Source of the DNA: Convolutriloba macropyga
Taxonomy: Eukaryota
Length of the DNA: 64,000 nucleotides
Reading direction: 5' to 3'
NCBI RefSeq assembly: GCF_964194025.1
Contig: NC_134472.1
Location: forward strand, 67,518,001 to 67,582,000
The number at the start of each line of letters is the position of its first letter. Position 1 is the stretch's first letter. The notes beneath the pieces were generated by a model, which was not told the DNA's origin, ran no database searches, and saw only the letters and a program-made list of their open reading frames with translations. Made by a program: the position numbers and the translations under genes. This document shows positions 1 to 12,700 of the stretch, piece by piece.

Positions 1-754
1 TTCTAAGAAACATTGTTGGTTGTCTGAGCTGCTAGTATGAAATTTTAGCTATTTTCATTTATTGTCTCAATCATACGAAGTATAACATTCTTGACTAATT
101 GTTGCTACAGTTAATATACATTTTTCGAGGTGAGCATTTACTAAAGTCTCAAGTTGTCATTAAGTTGAACATCTATAATTACAAAATTGAAACAAGGTAA
201 AATGAACTTTATTTTTTTGATGCCCTGATGTTATTGTTTGCGTCATCCTTATTTTCTTGACTGGTCAATGTGGATCGAATGTGTACAAGAAGTCAGCGAA
301 AATGTGTATCTTTAATCACATTGGCTTTAATCACGAGAATGTTACGCATTTAAAATTTTCGGGGTATGTTTGGCTTTTGTCTTTTATACGTTTGCTTTTT
401 CTTACAATCGTAAACTGAATTTTGACTAAGCTATTGACAAAAATGTACATTGTATTTAGTAAAACGCAATGAAAAAGCACACAAGCCTGTACAAAAATAA
501 GCGTATATTTTCTTGCTGTCGTTGAGGCGTATCACATTCTTTATCCGTTGATTATAAAATGGCCATTTATTCCTCTTGAATTCTTAGTAATTTTTGTTCA
601 AAAATTTTCCCGAATTTACGTGCGAGATCTAAATTTCGTAAAATTTTTGCTAGAAATTTAGTACGTTTGAGATTTAATAATTTTGATTGGAAAAGGACAG
701 CTTTTCAAATTGGATCTTTTATACTTCATTACATACATAAGTGAGTGAGCTAAA

Positions 755-781
755 ATGGAATCGGACACTCGTCCTCTACAG
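755..781 (+). CDS. ABCG putative exon 1 (MESDTRPLQ)
   Basis: aaaATG, then CAG|gtaatg donor; phase 0 matches the next exon. Confidence 0.5.
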
Positions 782-3700
782 GTAATGCTAATTTGCCAGG
801 TTAATACTTTGCTTTCATACTTCGGGTAGATTTCTTTAGATAACTTAAAATTGACTTAAGATTATTAATTGATTTTTACAAAGTTCTCTAGTTATAGTTC
901 TCTAGTTACGCTCAGTGTGTGAAAGTAATGGGGGTTTGAATCTACTATTTTCTGTACCGCTTCGCAAAAATAGGCGTTTTTACGCGAAAAAGAAATGTGA
1001 CTACGTAGAAATGGTTGAGATTTGTTTTTTTTGCGTTAATTGCTCGAGCTTTTGCGTGCGGAGTATCATAAGTTGAAGATGATCAGTAGCACGACCCGAC
1101 AATTCCAAGCTGAAAATTAGCTAACCAATTTCAGGTTATAGGGACATCAAAATTTTGATGAAACATCGTTCACAAAAAATTATATTTTTCAAGCACTGTA
1201 TCTCGCGATTTAATTTACAACCTGACAATTCAATGTCTTTAAGTTAACCAATTGTATTTCACTCAAGGCACTGAGCATATTGTTCAATTGCATCTCGAGA
1301 ACAAAAATTGCGTTAGGACTCATACACTATGGTGCTAAAATCTACTACAAATAACTTTCTCATTCACAAAATTTTCAATTTTTTTGTTAACAAGGAGGCT
1401 CGTTAATGTGCGTTTGCACATAAAGTTCCAATCCCGCTCATCCACATCGTTGGCATAAATGTCTACCAAATGAGGAACAGATAGAAAACTCCCCAAAGTT
1501 CAAGTATTTTTTTAAAAAAAATGTATGAACAAAAAGATCGCCTCCAACGCAAATAACTCAGTGGAGTAAAAATGGCGGACTAGATTGATGAGATCAGCCA
1601 TTATTAAGAAAGCAAGTCAAGACGAAGAACAAAATCAAACAACAATAACAACAAACACTAATTACATCCAAAACTTTATGTCCATTTTTGTAAAAGAAAA
1701 AAACTTATTAACAAGGTCAAAATAGCGCGGACAAAACTGAAACTAAACAAAATAACTTGTATTTCACTCGAAAATATATGGGATTACTCCCTAAAAAGGT
1801 TCGGTAACATTTAGACTAAAAAGAACAAAAAAGCTGCAAAGTTAAAAAAAATTGGCTTCTGTTTTTAAAAATAATTTCAAATTAGTGAAAACCATTAGAT
1901 AGCAATTGAAAACATACAACATGTTTATGATCACATACGACTCTATTGGAGGGCATTAGGGCCTGTCATTATTCAATTTCTCATGAGGTTACGAAAAGAA
2001 CAGCAAAGAGACAACAAAAAAAATTCAATTAAAACTTGCGAGAAAAGGCTGTGGAAGCCGTAAAGCCACATTCTGCCCCTCAAAATGTGTTCAATCGAGC
2101 CTTCCTAGAATGCCAAAAATGTGGTATAGGACCTCTCATTAATGAGAATAAGTAACAAATAGACAACAAAATTTTGTAATATTTTTGTATTTTTCGAAAA
2201 CAATTAATTTCAAAGTCATCAAAGCCATGAGCTACAGAATGAAATAATTAAATAGGTTTGTCTATTCTTCCAAAGGAAGCGCTTCAGACCTGTAGTTTTT
2301 CAGAATATGACTTACGGTTACAAAAAGAACATGAAATATAGACAAAAATAAAAAATTAGATCACTTTTTTTGCGAAAAACCCGTGTCGAAGCGGGTAAGT
2401 TCATAACGAACTTTTAAAAAAATATTATATTCCGCACACTTACACCTTCCCTCGACGACACTAATGTTATTTGTGACCTGTAGTTAACGAGACTACGAAC
2501 AAATAGACAAAAAAGAACAAAAATGCGAAGTTAAAAAGTGTTTTTTTGTTTTTGAAAACAATTGTATTCAAAGTCATTAAAGCCATCAGCCATCTACTCA
2601 AATGAGATCCTAGGCTCATTTATTACTTCATAAGAAGCCAATGAGACCTGTCATATTGCAGGAACTTTCATACGACTAAAAAGTATTAACGACTGTTAGA
2701 CAAATCAAATCTATGAAATTCAATTCAATTCTTCGAGAAAGGGTTGTTGAAGCCGTTAAACCTTAATCTACGTCTTTCATGACATTTATATTTTTAACTG
2801 TACTTTATTTTGAAGGCCAATTATGGCACAAAGACGAGAAATTTGGGCCAATGCCTAAACATGAAAAAAGAGAAATTGTCAAATCTAGTTGTATCAAAGC
2901 CAGAAAACCATAACGTAAAGCGTAAAACCGGAAAAAGATTGGAAGTTATTTGAGTTGAAACGAGCGGGAGAGGAAGCATTCTTTCTTTGCTGACGCTAAG
3001 CTACAAGTTGACCAAATTGAGAGAAAAATAGTGGCAAAGTTCAATTAGCCATTGTTTAATTAAAAATCAAACATTTTTAAAAGTTAAAACGACCATAATC
3101 TTTCGAGTAAAGACCCTAGATGCATAAGTTTTTAACTGCTTAGGAAGACATTTGGACTTTTTAACAGTGTGCTTGGATTTGAATTTTTCTGTTCTTTAAT
3201 TAAAATAAAAAAATCGATTTTAATAAAAGACCCTATTGATTAGAATCCGAATTATTTTTGGATTTTAAGTCCAAGGTTGGACCAAAACCAGCGCTACTCG
3301 TGCTATGGGTACATTAAGAACACTCAATTGTTTTGAATGCGACAGATCTAGATAATATATTAAATAAAAGATCAAAAATAACTGCTTCGTTTTTGATAAT
3401 CATAGATTAAAGTTAGCAGAAAACGGCAAAAGTTTCATTCCAGGCTGCTCTCAATGGAAGAAGGACTAGCTCCTTTTGTTATTTATAAAGAATGTTTTAG
3501 TTATTTGAGATGTATTTTAAAAAAGCTTATTTCGACTAATTTTTGATAAAAGGCTGAATTTTGAAATTTTTAGTCAAAATTTTAGACAAAATTAAATCAA
3601 AATTGTCAACATTATTTTTTTGTCTGTAATATTCAAATCAACAGTGCTATTGTTAAAAGTTACATAATTTAGTCGAATTGACGAAAAAATTCCGAAAAAA

Positions 3701-6700
3701 TGTCAACAAAAATATTGCAAATCGATCTTAACATTCGCAAAAATTTAAACCACGATAACTCGCTCTAGAAAATGAAATTCAAAAAAATCAATTACAGAGC
3801 ATAACATTTCAATTCCAAGTTTACTAATGGCAGCTCCAATTGGCGTTCTATGTAGTTTCGTTTTGTTGTCGAAAGCTAATGGTCGTTTTGACTTGTGAAC
3901 GTACTTGTTTTCAAAATAAAACAATTATTGAGTTTTGCCAATTTTTTCTGTTGTTCTATCAACTTGTAGGTTTAGGTCAGGAATGATGGGTCGCATCGTC
4001 TATCTAATGTATCAAAATATAATTTGTATTGTGGTTTTAAGTTTTAAGTAATGGTTTTTCGGCTTTAATACTAGTTTTCACAATAAAGTTTCGATTTTCG
4101 GAAATTTTCCCATCTTTGAGGTTCCTTTTTTGTGCCATTATTTACATCTCAGATATCACATTATTGGCGTTTAAAAAGGCACAATTGAACATATAAATGG
4201 CTAGATTATGGTTTGAACGGCTTCGACACCGTCTTCTAGCAGAATTATTGGATTTTTTTTGTCGCATGAACTTTTCCTAGATAATTGAAGGAATTGGTGG
4301 TTTCCTCTGGACAAACAAAGAAATGTTTTTACTGACTAAGTTGATTGCTAATATTTTCATGACTTTGAAGTTAAATGAGTTTAAAAAAATTTAGGCGTGT
4401 TTTTTTTAATTTTGCACTTTTTTGTTCTTCTTTGTGTTTGTTACCTAGTCTCATTAATTAAATGTCGGATGTTACATTATTGGTGTTGAAGAAATGAAAA
4501 ATTGAACATATCTAATGTTCTGAAAGCTTTTCCTATTGTTTTTCTCTGCATTTATCAATCTTTTTGTAGACGTAACACAAATTCCTATTAATGACAGATG
4601 TTAATTACTTTTTTGAGAGATAAAAAGGCTTAATTAATGATTTACGTTGCTAGCTTATGTTATGTCCTTGAAATTAATTGTCTCCGAATGTATTTTTTAA
4701 CTTTGCCCCTTTTTGTTCTTTTTTGTCTACTTTCCTCTGCCTAGTTTCATTATTCAGACGTCACATATCACAATTTGTGTTCAGAGAAGGAATAATTGAT
4801 TATATTGTCATTTTTTAAGGATTTATGGTTTTAATGGCTTCGACACCGTTTCTCACAAATTTATTTGAATTTTTGTTTTCGTCTGTATTTTGTTGTTTGT
4901 TTTTGTAGACGTCCATATTCTGCATAATGACAGATCTCAATGTCTTCAAATGGCGGTATGAATGACCATAAAACCTATTTAAAGGTTCTAGCGGGGTCGG
5001 ATTATCATGTACAAACGCACATTACGAGCCTCCTTATCTTAAAATTGTGAAAATTGTCTTTGGCTTCTTTATTAGGGTACCCCGCTTGTTGCTCGATAGT
5101 AATTCGTCCGACTTTAGTCGGTGCGTGTTTGAAGTTGTTTCTTTTTGGTCAGGCGAAAGATGTTTTTGAACTAGAAGTATAATTGCGCGTCTTTTCATTC
5201 TTCGAAACATTGATTCTGAATTTTTACGCGTGCTCCGTTAAAAGTAGTTCAATTTGATCCAATAGCTTATCAACTGATTTTTTTTGCGTGAGGTTAATTT
5301 CTTCTTTCAGTGGAGTAAGTTTTTTCTTTCCGTTGAACTTTTTATGCTGACGAAAGACTTGCTCTTGAAAAAATTAGATTGTTTTTTTTTGAAATCGTAA
5401 TCACAACTATCTTGTATTCTATAGAAAGTGGTACGGAAGAGAAGAGCGATCAGAACTATTCTGGTTCAGTCCTGTTTTGGTTTTTCGTGCAATCAAATTT
5501 AAAACTCAGACTTCCTTTGTACAAAGGAAGTCTGAGTTTTAAAGAGCAAGTCTTTCGTCAGCATAAAAATAGTAATTCGTCGGACGATAGTAATTCGTCC
5601 GACTTTAGTCGGTGCGTGTTGAAGTTGTTTCTTTTTGGTCAGGCGAAAGATGTTTTTGAACTAGAAGTATAATTGCGCGTCTTTTCATTCTTCGAAACAT
5701 TGATTCTGAATTTTTACGCGTGCTCCGTTAAAAGTAGTTCAATTTGATCCAATAGCTTATCAACTGATTTTTTTTGCGTGAGGTTAATTTCTTCTTTCAG
5801 TGGAGTAAGTTTTTTTCTTTCCGTTGAACTTTTTATGCTGACGAAAGACTTGCTCTTGAAAAAATTAGATTGTTTTTTTTGAAATCGTAATCACAACTAT
5901 CTTGTATTCTATAGAAAGTGGTACGGAAGAGAAGAGCGATCAGAACTATTCTGGTTCAGTCCTGTTTTGGTTTTTCGTGCAATCAAATTTAAAACTCAGA
6001 CTTCCTTTGTTGGTTTTGATTTAGCTGCAAAGCTGTAAGCTGAGCGTAGCTATTTTGTGGTGATATTGGTTTTTCTTTTTGTTTCATCGTCTGACGCTTT
6101 TTCGTTTCACATTTTTTTCACGCCGCAAACTACGAACGAAATTTTGTTGATCTTTTCATGCCGCTATTTACTGCTTTTTTGCTACTTGTATGTGCGTGAC
6201 CTCGTTTAAGCTAATTTGCAGTGAATTTTAAGCTGAATTGTGATAAATCGTGATGAATTATATATAGTAACCCCATATAATAATCAATGTCAATAATAAA
6301 GCTTGGCGACCTAAATAAACTAACGAAGTTGATTATTTTGAAAAGAACTTTTTATTTTGTAGAGATTTAGTCTTTAAAAAGGTTGGCAACTGCAGCAAAT
6401 CAATTCTGTATCTGTTGCCTTTCTGTATCTATATGACGTAAGTCTGTTTTGCTGCTATCTTGGCTATCTACCGGCTATGTTTCTGTAGTTGTTCTTAATT
6501 TGTATTCAATTTTTTTTTCTTGTTTCTGCTTTTAAGTGCAAGAGGTCAAATTTACGTTAATTTTTTTTTCGTGTTTGTTCAGATTTTAATAGCGGGTGAA
6601 CTACCACAGGTTGATAGCTCTGGTTTTTTTGAGAAAAATCTTCAAAAACAAATGGCAGCCTTTTTTATCCCTATCACATAAGGATTCCGTTTAAACCTTT

Positions 6701-9700
6701 CAATAAAAACCAGCAGAACTTCTTTTGTTAATCACGGTTAAGTGCTTTAAGACGCTGATCTTAGCAGCAACACTAAAACGTTTGTGATCTAAATAATAGC
6801 TGCAAAGTAACGTTTGTTTATTTTCAGAACGATGACTATCGAGCTAGTCGACTGTCTTTTGCTGAAAGTGTTCATGGCGACACTGGCAGCCCAGTCTCAC
6901 AGGTAATTGCTCTCTTCTGCTTAATGTCGGAACAAGCTTCGTTTAGATCCAATTCAACTCCATTCCATTTTCGGCTTTCCTTTTTTATTCACGCAGGGGG
7001 TAGAAATTTAACGATGTTCTGTGTAGGGTAGGGATGAGATGTTGTTCCACCGCACCCTCTTTCATTGTCAACGTGAACAAACCTCACTGCCCCAGTTTTG
7101 TAAAGTTAGAGCCTAAAGCCTTTACCGTAATTTAATGTTGGTTATCCTTGGGGAGAGGGGTGAAATCAAATGATTTAAATGGGTGCTGAAATGTGATAAG
7201 ACACTTTTTTACGTGCTTATACATTAATGGGAGGAAAAAATAACCTGCCTTCCAAAAGCTTGAAACTAGAAATATTGCATTTAATTATAACTAAACTTAA
7301 TTAAAACTTTAGATGATATTTTCGTAACGTTGAAAAAATAACCCTCCAGAAAAAAATGGATAGCGGAAAACCGGTAATGAGTTGTTTTCGGCTGAGCTAA
7401 GCTTCAGTTTTTTTAACCATGAAGGTTGTTCACTTCATTGGTTTGAACTGAAATTTCCTGTTTTGCTTCCTCTCAAACGACCATGTAAAAAGCAACAGAT
7501 GATAGCAGTGTTATTTTACGTATAGCTAAAGCATGGATTTTTTTTAGCAGTTCCTAGTATGTATGTTGTCGTTTATGAAATGTACGCGTACCATCATATA
7601 TTTGCTGTGTATTGTTTCTATGTTTAACGCTGGCGTTTCCTGTGTTATGTACAAGCATAATAGCTAATGCAATATATATTTTTTAGCTTTTAAGCTTCAT
7701 TTGCTATACTCGTTTTTAATCATTCGCATTTTTCTTCTACGCTTTGTCACAAAATTGCCAACTAAAACGTATACATATTATTAAACTTTTTGTCGGTTTG
7801 CATCGACAATTAACATTTTTCCTCAAAAATAGTCTTATTTAGAACCAGGCCGTCTGTAAATAAAAACATTTTCCTTGTTTTTTGATGAAATAGTCCCGAA
7901 TAGCGAAGCAGTTTGCTGAAGCGGATGCTAGCTTGCTTATATCAGCTTACATTTCTGTTATATTTACGAACTGACAATCTGTGAACAACTGTATCTAAAT
8001 GTTTAAGAACGGCTATTCGTTGGAATCGACCTCGATCAGCTCCCGATTATCTAAGGACACAGTGGTGGTAGTTGACGATGTTCAACTTGTAGTTCCTCCA
8101 ACATCGAGAAGCGGTGGTGGTGAAGATGGTCCTGCTTTTGCATCTGGTGGCGATGGAGCCGTGCCTGAAGTTGGTTTCAGTTCATCGGCCGTTTTGAACT
8201 TCTCAAACGGGAGTGCAACTAGACTCACCACAAATGGACCAGGTCAGCCTGATGATGTTACTTGACTATTTTTTAATGTTAAGTTTCAGTTATAAACAAG
8301 AGTTATAATATATTTTTTCACATTTGAGATGTGCAGTTAAAGGCTGTGAGCTATTACAATGAATTTTACTGTATTACTGCTTAAGTTTATTAAAACCGCT
8401 ATGTTTTTATTAGTGTGTTCTGATTGAATTGAAACAGATGCGAAACGATGGCACAGTATTTCTTTGTGTTTATATGAAATAATAAATTTGCTCTCATAAA
8501 CCTTGAGAAATTGTATTACTTTTTTGATAAATTGTGGTACCGTTAACACAAAGATTATATCAAGTTTCAGCAATTTGAAACGCACTTTCTTCATTTAGCT
8601 GATAACACAACTTTGTTATATAAGAAAGAGCAGTTATCATTATGTAATCTATTATGTGATTAGATTGGAGTTGAGTGATTGAGTTATCAGTTATTTTCCA
8701 CTCAACAGGTGGGACGGTGTTGGCAACCACTAGCATGAACAAGTACAAAGTGGAACCGGGAGTGAATTCGGAGGGATACTCGATGGCATGGCAGAACATA
8801 TCTTACACGGTGCCAGTTAGTCGGTTGCCATGGAAACGGGACAGGAAAGTGTTGTTGCAGTCCATCACAGGTCAGTTAACGTCTTGTAGCAATTTTGGAG
8901 GAAAAATTAGGAAAAATCGACAGGCTTTGGAGGAAAAACTAGTAAAAATGGAACGGTATCGAGAGAAAGCTAAAGCGGTATGAACAACAATAGTGTCCAT
9001 TATAATCTTGACTGAATTAAATTTTATCTCAGAAATTTAATTTTCCCAGAATTTAATAACACTTAAGGTCCCGAATACATATTCAGCTGCTGAATTTTAG
9101 AAGTCAACGAAAAAATTTGCTCGGTGACTTCTTGGCTCTTGATCAAATTATCGTAACATAAAACTAACAAAATAACCCAAAGACTTCGGAAACCAATCGG
9201 AGACGACAAAAACGATGATAAAACTCCTGTGCTTGTATGACTCAAAACTTAACATTTAGGAAGAAAACAAAAAAGAATAATTGCTCAAACGAATTACTAA
9301 TTGCATTGAAACTTTATTCACTAAATCAAATTTTAGGACACTAAACAAGTTAGTTTAGCTGCAGCAACATTGCTATACGAACTGATTTGCATCGCGAAAT
9401 ACAGCCAAAAATAAACAAAAGTGAAATGTTTTTCAGAAATATTTGCTGTAAAATCATTGATACAGAATGATTGCGAACAAAGGAGATTAGAAAAAGTCTA
9501 CCGCCTACAAAAATTTAAAACGGTGATAAAAACTATGCGAAAAATTCCAAAAAAACCCACTTGAGACCCTACTTCGAAGCGCGCTTATTTTGATATTTAA
9601 TAGGCTATAAATGTTAATTTAAATGTAAATATAATAATGTAAGCATAATAAAATACTTTGACAGGAAGTTTTCCCGGATAAATAGATTAACTGAAAAATA

Positions 9701-12700
9701 CAAATCAAGGTTGATAGAAATAATAAATGACATAGCGTGAGTTTTTTAAATTACAGTGATGAAAAACTAATCAAATTAAGATCAATGTTATCTTTTCTTT
9801 AGTCTGATCCACTTTCAGAGACAACGACTGGTTTTCAAGAGTTTATTTTGCTGTATGTTATTCTATAAGCAATTTATGTAGTGAAACATATATTCTAGAC
9901 TTTTGGTTGCTCATATTTGGTTGCGACTTCTTGTCAGATGTTTTTGGGAAAGAGTAACTCTCAGGTTTTTGGCGGTAGTTTTAATCATCATCAAATGTCA
10001 TGCTTTTCTTGAGTTCCAAGGTCATTGGGAACATGCTCCAAGAAGGAGGGCAGGGGTTCATCTTGATTGTCGTTTGATCCGATATCCTTGAACCTATATA
10101 ATTGGAATGAAAATACTGTAAGGGCAATAACATCAAAGGGGGTGGATGTAGCTCATGTTGCCTAAGACCGGTGCGAAAAATTTGAATTTAAAAAACTACG
10201 GGGAAAAAACCCGTGCGAGGCCGGCGACCGGACGCACGAACGAGCCGTAAGCCGTTTTTACTTTGGCAACTCGTACTTCACCGTCTCGCCCAGGGGATGT
10301 TTCCACAACTCTTCCGAGGGGCCAGATTCCTCTCGGCGTCAAGTCCTTGAGTACCCACACAACATCTCCAACTTTCACAGGAGGCTGGTTGTTGTCTGTC
10401 CATTTACGTCTCTTGAGTAACGTCGGCAGGTACTCCTTAATCAAACGCCGCCACACGTGGTTCATCAACTGCTGCACGTGCTTCCAGTTCTTGAAACTAG
10501 CTGGCTGTTGGTCTCCAAAGTTTCCGGGTGGCAGGGAACTGTAAGGGCGTTGGATGAGGAAATGGTTAGGAGTGAGTGGTTCTTCGTTTTCAGGCTGATC
10601 AGCAACGTTTGTCAAGGGTCTGGAATTCAGGATTGCTTCGACTTCAACCATAATTGTCTCAAAGATGTCGAAGGAGAGACGCTTAGATCCTAGAATGATT
10701 AAGAGTGTCCTCTTGGCGCTCTGAATCAATCGCTCCCAATCAAAAGAAGACCCACAGGGACTTGTGAAAGAGAAGATCCAGGACTTGTTCACAGGTCGAC
10801 AGTTCAGGTTCAGTGCCTCTTCCTTCACCTTTCGACCTCTGCCAGTGCTGCAAGCGGGCGACCTCGTCGAGTTCAGAGTGGGCACAGTAGTGAAGACTGG
10901 AGAAAAGAGGGCAGTTGAGGTCAAGCCCACCCAGGAGCGCCAAAAATTGTTATCTTTTCTTTAGTCTGATCCGCTTTCAGAGACAACGACTGGTTTTCAA
11001 GAGTTTATTTTGCTGTATGTTATTCTATAAGCTTGTATGCTTGTTAAATAATAGCTTACAAAGGTGTGGTTTATACCCGCATTTACTATCAAAGTTAAGT
11101 GTGGCACGATGAAACTCATGCATGATAATGAGTAAAAAGGTTTGGCATTGAAAGTCATGAAAATTCAAAGTTAAAGATATGACTTTTACAGCGATTATGA
11201 ATATGAACTCAACAAATTTGAACTAAATAACAAGGGGAAGGATTGGGGGGCTAAACGGTTACGGACCGTTTACAATCAATGCAAGTGAGTCGATTCAAGA
11301 AGAAACTATAAAATATTTTACCATTTGTGAGTTTTACGTTTATACACCGCGTGGTACAATTTCAGTCATAGACTGATAACAGAATGGACAATACATTAAA
11401 GTGATGCATGAACTTAGGAAAATTGTAGACACAGAAAAATCGAAATTCATTTTCTAAATTGTCTCAAACTGCAGAAACCAAAAAACTCTTCCCGGAGCTG
11501 CAATGAACATTAGTGATATTCACCCGTTTGTGCATATTTTTACACCTTTTTAATACTTCTCAGAATTTATCAGAAATTTCCCGAGGTTCAATTTGTTGTC
11601 AGAAAATTTTGTTCGATAGCTTCAAACTTACTTGCAATAGTGATAATTAAATTTTAAGTGGTACTAATTTCAATTCTTTTTAATCTCAATTGATTGAAGT
11701 TGATTGATCCTTGTTTTGCCTCTCTACAGTTTACTCTGGGCTATATATGTGGAACTTTTGCGTAGTTTTGCGTTTTAAATGGAGTCGGAGCATTGTGCAA
11801 ACGCACATTATCGAGTTAAAACTTTTCATGTGGATCATTATAGCAGTTTTGATCAATTTTCACTTAAGATTTCACACCGAAATTGTTCGTCTTTTGTGGA
11901 TCGAATGAATGAATTGATGCTTTTTGATACCAGGTAGTTCTTCAGCTGCCAGTTTTGGCAGATTAAATTGCAGAAATATTAGTGTTTGGAAAATTTGCCT
12001 TTTTATTTTTTTTTCAATTCAAGTGCGGAGCTCTTTTGCTTCACTGATACATTTCAAGTATAGTGACGTCTGCCAATGAAGGGATCTAGTGTTTGCTTAC
12101 TTGGTTGCTTACAAGGGATTTGACTGATTTCTCCATTTGTAATATTTTTGGGATTTAGTAAAACTTATGGAAGGTACTGTTATGCAACGCAGCGTTGACA
12201 TTTTGCTCATATTGTTGTCCATGGTGTCTTGTATTAGAGCATTTAGGAATTTTTATTAGGAAAAAAAAGATTGTTCCCACATCAGCGTTAGTTGTTTTCT
12301 TAAAGGGCGAGCTGGTGTCACTTTTTCATCAGCGCCTCTTCGAATACCTCACGGATTTCAAAGAGGTTTTCTGCCAATAGAAGGGCGAAATTTTCTATTG
12401 ATCTCCCTCTGTATAAAAAATGTTTCAAAATATTTACTCAGCTAATGAAAAAGTGACACCAGCTAAGAAAAAATAGTTTACTCAGCTAAGAAAAAATAGT
12501 TTTTTCCTACCAAAAATCCCAGAAATTTCAGTTGCTATAAAGGCAAAAGTTCTGTTTTGGGTCCTCAAACGTTTGAGACTTCAATGTATTTTGTTGACCA
12601 AATATTTCTCATAAAGATTGCTTTTGGGTTTTTTCAAGTTTTTTCGAAAATAATGTTAGTCTATGTATGCCTTCGAGATCCATTGTGAATCTTGAGGTCG

